A stretch of 63,083 nucleotides of DNA, counting the filler, from Bipalium vagum (taxonomy: Eukaryota), in the NCBI GenBank assembly GCA_037834085.1. It is 3 parts of 3 records of this genome, joined end to end, with 100 filler letters (N's around TTAATTAATTAA, not from the genome) between each part and the next. Parts side by side here need not be neighbours in the genome. Positions count along the whole stretch, not along the records: positions 1 to 29,334 come from JBBMKC010027840.1; positions 29,435 to 47,028 come from JBBMKC010060039.1; 1 more part is not named here. One strand, written 5' to 3'. The notes under the pieces were generated by a model. It did no database searches and had not been told where the DNA came from. It worked only from the letters and a program-made list of their open reading frames with translations. The translations under genes were made by a program, and so were the position numbers. Shown here in pieces: positions 15,901 through 29,882 of the stretch (its first letter is position 1; every line of letters begins with the position of its first letter).

Positions 15901-16514
15901 TATTAGCAATTAATGTCTAATATCAAATTGAAAATTAAGTGAAAATCAAATTTTGAAAATTAATCTCGATAGTTGTATATAAATTGGATTAGGGTAGACT
16001 GGGTAAATAATATAATTGCATTTTAACTTAATCTGCTGAACGAGGACTATCTATTTCCTGATTTGGGAATTGAACAAATATAAAATAATAAAAAAAGATT
16101 TTTGTCTGCTAATAATAAAAAATCATCACGAAATTATTATTTTTGTTTACAAGGACACTTATTGATAATATTTTTAGATCTGACCATTGAATAATCGAAA
16201 TAAAAATAATAATAAAGCTTTAAAAATATAATTATTTTGTGTTTCAATGTTGGTATAATAGGGATCCTATACTTAATTATTCTACCGAAAATATAAAAAT
16301 CAAACTTTGATTTTAAAATGAAAGTTTTAGTTAATCAACCACTGAGTACATTATATTAACATTTCGGTTTCATCTTGTGATGAAACTCATCAAGTTGAAG
16401 AGCAGTATCCTTTTTTTCATGGCCAGGCGTGAGTTTACACTTTGGTCATCGAGTAGAATTTCAAAGAACCATACTGCAGCCATTGCCAAATTTAATGAAA
16501 CTTTTTTCAGAAAT

Positions 16515-17660
16515 ATTAGGAGTACCCACAAGTAATCAATTATTTAAGTGGCAAAACAAAAAAAATGAATTTAAATACATTTATTTCTATTTATAATCAT
16601 TTATATAATTTCCATCGTTGTCTAGGAGCTTTTGCCTAGTTGTTGGTAGAGTTTCAATTCCCCGGCCATAAAGTTCTCTATCCTTTGAAGAGATATTTGG
16701 TGCTAGGTGAGTTCGAACATCATCGTTTTGAAATTTTAATTCTTCAGGGAATGTTCCATGGACCGGAATAAATGAAAAATCCGATTGCGATATACCTGAA
16801 GAATAAGGGGATGTCGTAAAATTTTCCAATCTAGCTGCCTATTTTTTTCTTGGGTTAATTTTGCTGCATGAGGTCTTGCGTTATAATGTTGCAATATTAC
16901 TCCTTTTCTGTAAAAACCAAACTTGGTCGTTTTACGAACAATTGATTTCGTAATCTATCCAATTGTTGGCAATACAATTCAGCGGTAACTGTTTCCCCTG
17001 ATTTCAATGGCTCAAAATGAATTATGCCACCACAGTCCCACCAAACGCACAATAATAACTTCTTTAGAGTGAGGGATGGTTACTGAATGAGTACGGCTAG
17101 TTGATTTGGAGAAAGCCATTGCTTCGTGCGCGTGTTATTGTTGTACAAGATCCATTTCTTGTCACCAGTAACAATTCTTCTTAAAAACGTATCATTTCTT
17201 TGTCTGCACAAAAAATATGTGCAAATTGTACGCCGTTGATCTTTATTCATCTCCGACAATAGATGTGGGACCCATATACCCTGCCTGTATACCTTCCCGA
17301 TTTCTTTAACATGTCTTTGAACTGGTGACCAAGTAGCTTGAAGAGTTTTTGCTATTTCCTGGATACCCATTTTTGGATTCTTTTAATTTAGTACCACAAA
17401 AAATATACACCCAACAATCACTTATACACCATTCACATTTAAACGCTAACTGCTGAGCCAGGATAATCAGATCTAAAAGTAAAAAAATAAAGATCATAAA
17501 TTAAAGTGTTTTTGGGTGAGAAAAATGAATTTACACTGTCTTATACAGTAATTTTTAATATGAATTAACGTCTATGATTGAACAGTTAAGCTGTCAATCA
17601 TGATATACTTTCTTCAAATACATATCAATTCCAGAATTTTCTTAAATATTGTGATTAAAT
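16515..17660 (-). mobile_element. decayed mariner (D,D34D-type)
   Basis: GIWVPHLLSE, FLRRIVTGDKKWILYNN, PYSSGISQSDF, KLLDNDGNYI; boundaries approximate. Confidence 0.9.
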
Positions 17661-18289
17661 AAATTCACTGTAGTTTAAGGTAATATGTTACTGATTAAAA
17701 AGCAGTAGTTGTTCTTAAACTAATATTTTTAAACTTTATTGATAAAATTTAATTAATTAATTTGAATTACTCTTTATTAATTAAGATAAATAATATTAAA
17801 ATAGCCAGCTCATTATTTCTTTAAAATTTAAAATAAAAATGAAGATATGAAATGAAAAGAAACTTAATATTCATGAAGTAATCAAGGAGCACGGAGATTA
17901 TAATTAATATCTTGCGTTTGTATAAATATATACATTTATTGTTGTGTTGGATATTTTCATTATCTACAATTTTTAAAAAAAATACTGGTTTTTTAAACAT
18001 CCTAAAAATAATATATTTCTGGTAATAAATGTTGTTTAAAAATTTTTTCATGATGGTACATATAAATAATTGATCTATAATTACATTATTTTTAAATGGT
18101 TTTTTAGGTACAAATTATTTTTCCGGTTACCTATTCAATATTTCCATCTCACTTTTTAGATCAATATGGTACTGGACTATGAAAATTAATGAATTATTAT
18201 TAACGCTTTCTTTTATTTTTGAAATTCATCCAAAAAAATCCGATCCAATGTTTATAATACTAATAATTATTATGAAATATGAACATTGG

Positions 18290-19551
18290 TCAGATTCCAA
18301 AAGTTTCTAAAAATATTCGATTCTTTTATAATCTCTAATGTATACAAAAAGTTTCCGAAATTTATTCAAAATATTCACCGTTACTGTTTATCACCTTACG
18401 CCATTTTTCAGACTAGGAAAGAATTCCGATTTGAAAACGTTTTCATTCTTTGAGCTGATGAAACCCATTTTCAGATTTCCTCTAGCGTTAGGAAGTGTAC
18501 TTAAGTCAAGGAATTTTCGATAGAGCGAAACAAATGACAGTCTGTTGAAGCGATATCGGAACCATATGCCGGATGTTGCAAAACTTTCCAAGAAAACGTT
18601 AGTAAACTATCCTTGACTGATCTTCCAAGATGTATTTTTCGTATTAGTGTTATCATAAAGTAAATTTACTAAACACCACCTTTTGCTTGTGAATGGATAT
18701 CTTAAATAGATTTGTTCATTCGATCGTTGCAATTGATCTTTACAGAGATCACAATTAATGGTCTCACATTGTTGGAAAAGTCAATGATACATTACGTCCT
18801 TGATAATCCACCAGACACACAACATAAGCTTTTTGCAATGAGCTGAGAGTCTTGATATAAATCCTGATAATTGACCTGGATCAATCCAATGTTTTAATCT
18901 TTTAGAATTTTCTTAACAGATCAGTTTCTCATCACAAGTGATAATATTCTATAAGAAAGATTTCCTATGCTGCTTAGTAGATCGGAGTACATGATGATAC
19001 AGTTGACTTTATTTTTCTGATTCAATGTAGATGGTATTCAGTTTCCATTCATTTGAATTTTTTCCTTGGTACTCAATTGCTTGGAAGTTGTTTGTTGAGG
19101 TACTCCAAAGTCTTCAGCAAGTTCATCATGTGTTTGTGATGGATCTTTACCTACCAGAGCTTAAATATCGGCAGATTTGACCTTAATAGGAGCCCCGATA
19201 CGCCAAAATGACCTGCCATAAATCTGCGAATGCAAAATTCATAATGAATTTTGGAAACAATACCATCTTTAAGTACGGAACATATCCATGCACATAGGGC
19301 AGTAGTGGATTTTCCATGATGAGATTTATACCAAATGCACTGCCGAATAAAGACTTTGTCATTCATAGTTTCTATATCTAAAATATTACGTTTAAATATC
19401 AATTAATTTAAATGCAGATTATTAATAGATTAATAAAACAATCAGATAAAATGCTTCAATAAAAGTAGTTACTAAATATAATTAGTATTCAAGATTATAT
19501 TGAAGAAATACGTATAATAAACACGCTTTAAAACGTATTTGAATACCTAAT
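18290..19551 (-). mobile_element. decayed mariner
   Basis: KVFIRQCIWY..., KLMLCVWWII, KVLQHPAYGSDIASTDCHLFRS, KWRKVINSNGEYFE*; boundaries approximate. Confidence 0.88.
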
Positions 19552-20062
19552 AATTTTTATCTTGGATTTGTAAAATCATTATTTTAACATTTTAAAAATC
19601 GTCCACGTTACCATGAATACCACGTAAATTATCCATTTAAAACTACAATACAAGAAAAAATATAAATAAAATAAAAATCTAATAGAATTAATTCCTTTTC
19701 ATTAACTGTTTAATCTATCTTTGAAGAAAAATCTTTTTTATTAGCTTGGAAATTATTCACTATGGCAATTATCTGATCTTTGGAAAAATAGTTTTACATT
19801 GATAATGGGGAAATCATTTATCGGAAAGGATAAATATCGAATATTTGCCATTATCATGACCAACAATCAGCATCAATTCATGTCAGATTTGTTGACATGG
19901 ATAAATAAATTTAATAAAAATTTATGCTCAGTTTTCAAATGGAATTCAAAGTGCTTAATGTGAAACGGGAGATGAAATAAAATTATTTTTATTTAATTAA
20001 TTCAATAAAACATTCGTCAGGGAAATTTTCTTTAAAAAGCTCATTTAAAAATCCCATCTCAC

Positions 20063-20337
20063 CATTGTAGTTGTATATTCAATAATCTTTTCTTCTGATA
20101 TCTGGTCTTCCGGTTTGGCTTCTTTTAATAGCTCACTTACAAAATTCTGATTTTATAATAATAATAATAATTATTATTATTCTTAATCATTTTAATAATA
20201 CTTTTAACTCGTCAGCCTCGATATATCCACTTTGATCTTTATCAAACTGCTTCCAAATCTAAATAAAAAATGATTAATGTTATTTAAGAAAAATAAATAA
20301 AGTTAAAACTTAATTATAAAATAAAAAAAGGAATACA

Positions 20338-20368
<31 letters not shown>

Positions 20369-23300
20369 AAATGTCATAAATATAATATTACGTAACTACA
20401 TTGAATGTTTGTGGAATCAAGTACTTGAAAAATACCAAACCAATCAAAACATTACTGATTTATTTCTAAATAATCTCCTTTAAAAGCAATACAGTAAGAA
20501 ACCAATTATTAGAAACATGAGAGATATTTCATCTTCATTTTTATAATTAAAATGAAACATGTATAAATAAAGTTTTTCACGCTGTCTTTCATTTGCTCAA
20601 TGTGTCTCTGTTTGGTAATATTTTTTAATCCAGGGAGATATTTGGTAATTGAGTCTCTCTTCTTATAAAGCCTTTTGCCAGTTTGTTGTGCTTTTTGTCT
20701 TAAAATGATATTTTAAAATGTAGATGAACCACATATCCTAACCTTAAATGTATTATCTTCAATATAAACTAGATTCTCGTGACAAGGGATCCTTCCTTAG
20801 ATTAAACAAGTTTTGAAATCTTCGCAAATTTACATCTATGAAAACTCAAATTATGAGTTGACGCCGCTTGTACTTCAAAACTATCCTCACTCAAATTTTG
20901 TTTCTTTAAATTCCTTATATTTTTCTTTGTATTATATCAACCTCCTTAGCCGCAAAGAAGGTGATTAGTTCAAAGTTGATTATACTATCAATTAGAACAA
21001 GAAATACGATTTGATGCTTATAAATCTATAAATCAAATCTTTTCATGAGAGAGAAGCAGTGTGTCATTTAGAATAATGAAAAATGATATATCTTTATTCG
21101 TATAAATCTCATTGAATATGAGATTTAGGAAGTTTAGAACTTCTTTTCTATCACCTTTTCGTTTCTATCACCATAATACCACTGCCCCTTCAACCTTTTA
21201 TTTAAATTAATATATATATTCTTAAAGATGTAATAGGGATTATGTAAATAATTTCTGAATTTATTCTTTGTTTAAATAAATATATTTATTAAAACATAGA
21301 TTTACTTTCATGAACTCAACACTTGATTCCAGAGGGGCACTTCTTCGAAAAAGAAGCAGAAACACTTCATCCGTTGGGAGAACCTGTGCCAACTGAAATA
21401 AAAAGATATGATCTAAGTATAATGAATAAATCTGATCATAAGCAGTACAGTGTCAAATTACTGTAAGGTTGGGATGATGTTAAGTAAGGTATCCTTATAA
21501 CGATAAGTAGTAGTGTTATTAAATGAAACTCGAAACAACAAGAATATCTTCACAAATAGAGAAAAAAGTGGTTTGAATAAAAATCTAAATATGAATTTAA
21601 AGTTATGATAATAGTGTATTTTGAAGAACGTTACTTGAATATTTTATTTTCCCTAATCTACTGACTCTTGAACGTTAGAGTCGGTTATATTATTGAGTTG
21701 TCATTTTTAATAAGAATAATAATAATAAGATAAGACCAAAAAAAATAATACATTTCAGTAAATCTGATTACCTAAGCAAACTTTCAAACATGGACGTCAC
21801 CTAATTTTTTTATGAAATCATTTACTTTAAAAACGAGTTTTTCAACATTTATTGTGCAATTTTTTTGACAATTTTCACATTAAAATTTTAACCAATAAAA
21901 ACTAAGCTATAAAATTTCTTAATGAATTTTTAAACCTTAAATTATCAATATTTAATAATCGTTAATTTTGGTGTGAAATCCTTATTTTAAAAAATTCATC
22001 TAGAATCATTATTCGAACCACTCCCTATAGAGTCCAAGCCCTTCGTCGCTCAATAATATAGATAATTAAGTTCATCATCACTATTCTATTCATGATAATA
22101 TCTCTTTAAACCCCATTAATACTAGGATGATTCATAAGTTTCCATCGCGTAGCACATGATATGATCTCTGTTGAATAAAGATTAATTAATTATTATTATT
22201 TTTTTATATTCTATGTGTAGATTTCTAGTTCATTTATCTGTGGTTAATTAATTTGTTACGAATTTTAGAAAGACAGAAGAAATAATTATAAAACGGGGCA
22301 TTTTGATCCATTATTGGAAGGAAGGCTTGAGAACAAAAGTGGCAACAAAAGAAAGAAATACTCTGGTAGGCCAAAGAAACAACAGAGAATGAATTGTTCT
22401 GTCGCTTCATAGATGGTGACTCCAGCCTCAATGACTGAGCCCACCAATTTTATAATTCCAATTGCTTGTGTGATAGAAATTAACCCTGTCGAAATTTACT
22501 TTGATGAAAATTATTGTAAAAAAAATTATTTTACATCATTTTTGGTATACCTAGATAAAACAAATCAATAAATTTATGATAAAAACATTTTCAATTTCGA
22601 CATTCTTTTGAGAGGGATGACATACAGAAATGTTACGAAATCCTCGATAATATTTCGCTGATTAATTTTTTCATCAATCTTTATAAATTATTTTATATTT
22701 TTTAATAAAAAGAAATATTTCACTTTAATGAAAGTCCGGATGTCTCGGTTGAAAATGGGTCATGATGAATTAACGTTTTCAGTATTTACTAACTGAAATA
22801 AAGCCTCTCTAATGATTATTTCTTTCGCTTTATAAAAAATAAAATATTTTTTTCATAAGTTTTCTTATTTTCTTTCAATATTACTTTAATAAAGGTTTCT
22901 CAATAATTTAACAATAGAAACCCGTTTTATATTTTCCATAATTGATTATTTTGTAATCATTTTTAAAATATAATATATATTTCTATATTTCCTAAGCACT
23001 TTTATCAAAAAAATGTTAGAGGTGGGTATCAAATATGTCTCCAATTATTCCTGCATTCTCTGTCAGAAAAGTCGTTTTAATCTATAATGTATAGATTGAT
23101 TGCGTTAGATAAGGATTATTTTTTCCGGATCGCTTTTACATTAAATAAAATTGATAATAAATTAAAAATTTTTTCCTTTACAAATCAATTTGCAATGCAA
23201 AATGAAATAATTAATTACTCAAACTAAAAAAATTAACATTTAAAAATAGACCAATAAATATTAAATTAAGAAATACGTAAGATTAAAAAAAAATAGAAAT

Positions 23301-25967
23301 GGCAGAAAAAAGTATTATATTTATTTTATTAGATTATTAAATAATATTAATAAAAATGACCCAAAAGTAATTTTTTAAAATATTATTTCAAAATTTAGAT
23401 CTTTTGATATTCTCTCAGTTTGTTTTAACTAAGTATTTTAAGCATTAGTATAAAAAAATTATAAGACAAATATATATAGCCAATTTATAAATAATGAAAA
23501 ATTGATGAATAAAAATCAATTAAAGTTTATTATAATAAGTAGCTTCAACAAATTACTCAATCTGAGAGATTGTTCGGTGTTTTGATTTCTGAAAATGTAT
23601 TTATGTAAACCTTTTTCTAAATTAGTTGAGTATTTAAATGTAGATATCTAAATAATAATCTAAAGAAATTACAATTTAGACTTGGAAACATTTTGAAAAA
23701 CAAACCGGAAGAATACCAAAATTCAGCCCTGAATATCAATCAATTTTACACATGCTGTATAATATATAATAATGATAAAAATATATAATAAAATATATAA
23801 TGAAAATATATAAGGAGAAAAATATATTTAACTACAAAACAGAAAACATTTTTGAGTTGACTTTTTATAAGATGAATGTGATAAAAATTATCACATTGTT
23901 TTGTTGCTGATACCATTGTTTGAGGCATAATCATTATTTTTATAAAACATTGATTAATGGGAAATGTATTAATGATATTTTCAATAGCCATTTTGTGTTA
24001 TTGTCTATCCATTGTAATTGGCCTTTTCAATGTTATTGATAGTGTCAATTTTAAAAAAGTATTAACTGAAGTTACAAGAGATACATAATTAAGGGGTAAT
24101 ATACTTTTTATGATGGATATTATAAAATCAACATTAACATTTTTATGTTGCTCCATAAAAATGTCGGGGTTTGTTATTAAGACTTAAATGAAACATATCT
24201 TTTGGTATGATGAGATATAAAATAATTTTTATACAGTTGGAAAAATATACTTTAAACAAATTTTTTCAAAAAGTTTTTGTGTTTTGGGTAACTAAAACGA
24301 TAAAAGAAGACAAAGATTCTTCGCTGTGCCATTTTTTAATAATGCTATCGGTACTTACTGTATTTATTTGATTGGAGAAAAATCCAATGCATATTCGTTG
24401 TTCAATTTTCCCATATATTGTACAAATAGACGATCATTAAAATATTGCATTTAAACAAACGTCATAACTCATTAAGTATTTATTAATTTATGTTAAAATT
24501 TTAAATGCATATGACGAAAGCAGTACCAATATAAAAATGGTGAAAACTGATAAATATTATGTTTGAACTTCTTTCAAATAACATATTCCGGAAAGTTTTT
24601 GTTCGTTGCCCTTTGATTAAAATTATCATAATTTTGTCCTTATTGGAGTAAAATTGCAAAATGAATGCACATTCCTAAGAATTTTTTTTTATCTGAAAAA
24701 AGCTTATAGGGTGGGATAAAATAGCAAAATGTCTCCATATAATGTTAGTTGTTGGAATATTGTTTGTGACCGTAATTGGTTTCACAGTTTAACTTTGAAA
24801 AGTTGATATCTCTTCGTAACTTAATTATAAACATCAATTTCAGTAGCACATGGTAGTAGTAAGAAATTTTCAATTTACTGAATAAGAACAATTACTTGCA
24901 ATATATGAATGACTTTTGGGGAAATGTTTATGACTTTAATCAGAAGTAACAAATATTTCTTTGCAACCGTTACACCAATGTCTGGGCCATTGTTTGCCTC
25001 TTGGAAATAAATAACATTATTTACATTGGATGAGATCCTTGCAAGGATGGTTAATAATTTAATTAATCGGCGATAGAGGCATAAAGGATTAGATACATCA
25101 CTGTAGCTAAAAATGATTACAGTTATAATTTACATTTTTAATGAGTCTTTTATTTTCTTCGTGTCGGGCCGGAAGAAAACGCTCACCAGAAATAATAGTT
25201 TTGCATTTAATAAATAAAAATATAATAAAACTAAAATATAAATAATCGCATTTTGATAATGTTTCGTCATTGTGAAATATGTTCCTTTTCTATTACGCAT
25301 ATTTGGAAACTGGGAATAACTTAATATTTTTATTGTGAATTTTATCATTGACTGTTCAGGAATGACTGCCATTTTTAAGTTCTAACAATTTATTGATAAT
25401 AAAAAAGGAAATAAAACTTCATTAAAAAAGTAAAATAAAATACAAAATTTTAACTATAAAACCATTTTTAGCAAGATCTTGATGTGCACTGAAACCACTT
25501 TCCTTCCAATTGAACCTAAAAGGTAAAGATTTCCACAAATGGTCTTTTTCGGTACAAATTTCTTTAAACAAAATTTTTAATTCTGCATATAACTTTTCAA
25601 AATTTAACGTAAATAGATAACGTTATAAACGGTACTTCAGATAAACAACAAGACAAATTTCAAGTAATTCTTTAATTTAAAATTAAACAATTAAGAAACG
25701 GAGTTTATTATTATTATTATTGTTATTATTGTTATTGATTTTAGCTTACCTCGGAAATTTCAATTTTGTTATCCAGGTTTTCGTCGAAAGCATCAAGAAA
25801 GTCTTTTTTAAGCTCATTAAGAGTATCTGCATTTAATTCCTTCATTAAAATTATTAAAATCATTCAAAAAAAAATTATTACATTGGGATTGATATCGTCT
25901 CCCAAAATGCTGACAATAAATTCACGCAAGAAATTGTCGAGTTCAGATCCTTCAATGAAGCCATTGC
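20063..25967 (-). CDS. calbindin/calretinin/secretagogin-family EF-hand protein (calbindin-32-like), partial; exons 25882-25967, 25750-25839, 21306-21392, 20202-20258, 20063-20146
   Basis: Spliced translation GNGFIEGSELDNFLREFIVSILGDDINPN|ELNADTLNELKKDFLDAFDENLDNKIEISE|LAQVLPTDEVFLLLFRRSAPLESSVEFMK|IWKQFDKDQSGYIEADELK|NFVSELLKEAKPEDQISEEKIIEYTTTM. All introns are GT-AG and phases are consistent. First and last exons not found. Confidence 0.93.
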
Positions 25968-26999
25968 CTTGAAGAAATAAACACAAATGATGAATTGTTG
26001 TGAATATTTTTTTGATGAAAGTAACAATGAACACTGAAAATATTTCCCACTCCTTTGGGATAGTTTTAGTTAAGAACTTCAGATATTCTATTTAAACTAA
26101 AATATTTTTCTGAATTAATAATTTTGCCTCATTTAAAAATAATAATAATAATAATAATAATAATATAATTATATTTATAATTAATTAATATTAAATAAAA
26201 GGCTAAATTTGTTTTAAAGAATCTTTCATGTAATAAAAAATAATTTATGGAGAATATTGAAATCAAAAGAGAAAATAAATATTTGGGAAAGACTTTTACA
26301 CGAATATTTCTACCTTAAGTGACTCAAAAGATATTTATTATTATTACTGTAATTTTATTTAATTGGACCAATTGGGGGGAATAAACAAATATTCACACTA
26401 TACTTATAATATTATTATTAATTATTAATTGAAGCCATTAAAGAGAAAGTCACTTCACAGACACCTTAGAAAGTGATCAGAAAAAACAAACGATCAAATT
26501 AATTAAAACAAATATATGCACTGCCTATATATTTGGATAAACGATAAATAGTGCGCTTCCACTTATTTTTGTTTGAATGTATTCGCGCCATCGATTTTCA
26601 AAATATCGGAGCATGTTATTGTCATAAGTACTGTTACTCTTAACAATATTGAAATTATTTCCGAAAAGACCAATTAGACACGTTTCACATTGCTCTCCTT
26701 TTTGGAGAATAAACTCGTCAATGGAAACAGTAAAATGGCTTGACAAAGATTATCCCGCTAAAGTTCGGTCTTGTCCAAACTTAATTGGGCGACTTTCAAT
26801 TCTCAGGCAGATATGCAAAACTGAATATCCAAATGGGTTGATTCCAAAGAAAATTTATCAAAGGGCTGTCGAATTTCTTTGGAGAAATGATACTTAACGA
26901 CGGAAAACATGTTGATTGATTTCAATGTATCTAATCGTGCTAGAAAAATTAATTAATGAATTAATTAGAAAAATTCATTAAAAGTTTAAAATAAACGAA

Positions 27000-27320
27000 A
27001 CTCCGGAATATATTATTCTTCTAAAATCATGTGAAACCATTCATTCGGACCATGGGGGTCAGGCATTAGAGTATTTCATGTCAACAAAATGCTTCATGAC
27101 ATAGTTGGAAACAGATTAAAGATAAACAACAAGATCATACCAAGATAACAATATATCGATCCATTGTATCCACAAAGCATTCCTCTTTCAGATATTGATT
27201 TGTTCAAATCGAGGCACGGATTTTCTGAGAAGCCCTTCAAAACCATAAAGTAAGGGGAAAAAAGGTCTGTACGTCATTGAACTCATCATAAAAAGTAATG
27301 TTCCACTGCTCAGTTATGAG
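27000..27320 (+). mobile_element. decayed mariner catalytic fragment
   Basis: Degenerate VFHVNKMLH and DPLYPQSIPLSDIDLFKS resemble the HDNA..H and YSPDLAPSD motifs. Confidence 0.45.
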
Positions 27321-29334
27321 AAATATGAAAGAGATGCGCAATTAATAAGGGATATTTCCTCGAATAAAGTATCCTGGATTTTACGGTAACCGGAAAAGTC
27401 CAAAAATTAAAACCAAGTGTTTATGGTTATGTCAGCAGCGAGAGGATAATCAATAAAGTGTATAAAACACAATAAAAAACATGTACAAAGAATTTTCTTT
27501 GTTATTGTATGTTATTCCATGGCTTTCCACTCAACCAGAAAGACTCTTGACGACAGCGAGAGATGCCTACCACAACATGCATCACATAAAAGACCGAAAA
27601 AGATGCGACTTTTTCATGTTCCATTGAAACAAATGTGTACCTTTTACATTTTTCAATAATACTGCGAGAATATGGTATGGGTTTCGATTGTTATTATGTT
27701 GTTTTTTATTTCATTTCAGGCCACAGAGAAACAACAATAAAAACAACATTGGCTGAATGGAAACAATAATGATTGATAGCTTCATAGTTGGAAAGGAAAT
27801 TAAACCATGCTTTCAGCGTAATTAAGCAATGTCTGAATGCGATACTCAGATTTATAACGATTATTATTATTTGGGCAGATGTGTTTATCAGTCCTATTAT
27901 TATTAATAATATTCGTCCCCTGGGAACATTACTATTACTGTACAATGTTTATTATCATTGTTAACAAAGTTCACGTTTCGTGGTAAAACTGTTTTTTTCC
28001 AATAGAATAAGCATAAAATATCAACATTATTTACTTTCATGTAAAATTGAGGACCATAATTTTTAATTGACCCAGAAAATTATGCAATCAAAATAAGGGC
28101 ATCAATTACCAATCTTCGTAAATGTCTTGTTAAAGAGAAAAACTAAAATCGATCTGCCACAAGTATGAGTTTGTGGATTTTGATGAAAAATCATTCTCAA
28201 AACGGGAAAGTTACAACAACAAAGTTAAGGACCGCCTAAAAAAATACATGGCTGCAAGGATAAAGTTCGTGACTATGCTAGAATTTATGTGGATCGACAG
28301 CCAGCGCGAAAATTGTTTGGAAAAGGATAGATTTACTAAAACTCAAATAAATTTTTTGTATTATCGATATTATTTGTTATTTTTTAATGTGAAGATTAAT
28401 TAATTTTTTGATACATTAAAACTAATAACTAAAATATGGATCAATAAAAACAGATTATGTCATAAAAGATCAATAAAAAAAATGATGGTCCGAAATCATA
28501 CAGCTTTTCTTGTCATTGAGCCCTTACTGAGACCAGTTAGGTCTTTAAAATAATAATAATATTTTCTACCATCAAATCAGTAATCTTTTTATGAATTATA
28601 TTATTGGATAGTGTAAAAAATAATTTGAAATAAAAATAATATAGGATGTCCATGGACCTTGAAACTTTTGATGGATAAAACTTGTTTAAAATACAGTTTT
28701 GAATTAAAACTGGAAAATGTGAACTTAAATAAAATCAAAATAAAATGTAGAATAATAATAATAATATTATTATTATTATATAATATTAATATTAATAATA
28801 AATTATAGTTTTATTAACCATCGTATTATTTCTTACGTAAATTAATAACAGTGATATTTATAATTAATAATAATATTATTATTACTATTAATAATAATAA
28901 TTATTATTAATTTTTAATTTTAAAATCACATCCCTAATATATGACATTTAATAATATTATAATTTTTAAAATTATTAAATTTTATAATACACTATTATTA
29001 TTATTTTAATATCTTACTACTTACTATTATCACTTCAAGTAACAGCAACCCATTGAATTATAAGTATCGTGATTATTTAATTAAAAAATTTAACAATTTA
29101 TCATAGTTTCTTTAACTGAAAATAAATGTTTACAATGCTAAGCTACCACTGCTTTCATGGAAATATTATTGAATTATTATATACGCAGTAAGAACAAGAA
29201 ATTCGTAATGCAAATATCGTTTCAAATGTAGGGTAGCAACGGTTTCATAGAAAAATCTCAGTGGATATTAATACTTTTCCCTTGCAGCTCCAGTCACTAA
29301 ATGAATTCTTTTAGTTTCATGTTTCCCTTTCATG

Positions 29335-29434
29335 NNNNNNNNNNNNNNNNNNNNNNNNNNNNNNNNNNNNNNNNNNNNTTAATTAATTAANNNNNNNNNN
29401 NNNNNNNNNNNNNNNNNNNNNNNNNNNNNNNNNN
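29335..29434. other. artificial scaffold spacer N-TTAATTAATTAA-N
   Basis: 100-nt block with a palindromic six-frame-stop core at 29379-29390; an identical block lies at 47029-47128. Confidence 0.92.
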
Positions 29435-29737
29435 AAGAATAATAATAATTAACATTTAGTAATACTTGAGAAACAATTAAAAATTCCAAGATATTTTTTT
29501 TTAAATACTTAGGAAATAAAAAAACCCTCCAAAAGTAATTTTTATTTTTAAAGAAGTCTAAAAGAGGGATTTTATAAATATTAATGTTCATCATAAAATA
29601 ATTTTTACGGAATTTTAAGTATGATTTTGAGAATACTTCAAGAATAATTCCCAGATGAAGATCAGTTCTTAAAAGTATATAAGCAGAGGGATCCTAGCAT
29701 ATTTTCACCCCTCAGAAAACGCACAAACTAATTTGAA

Positions 29738-29882
29738 GTTATTATTGAATCAAAGAAGCTGCTATTATTGAGTTAAAGAAGCTGTTATTATTGAGTCAAA
29801 GAAGTTGTTATTATTGAATCAAAGAAGTTGTTATTATTGAATCAAAGAAGCTGTTATTATTGAATCAAAGAAGCTGTTAGTA
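29738..29882. repeat. minisatellite, about 6 x 23 bp (gttattattgaatcaaagaagct)
   Basis: Head-to-tail direct repeats without spacers. Confidence 0.9.

Noticed and set aside
23750-24900. Possible piggyBac-like remnant (CDNFYH, LQWIDN)
   Set aside because: Motifs are too short and degenerate to support a call
29379-29390. TTAATTAATTAA palindrome between N runs (also 47073-47084)
   Set aside because: Synthetic concatenation linker, so no linkage can be inferred between the FN3 array, the MANSC-like gene and Eph/calbindin
29738-29882. CRISPR-like repeat array
   Set aside because: Repeats are contiguous with no unique spacers, the context is eukaryotic and there are no cas genes
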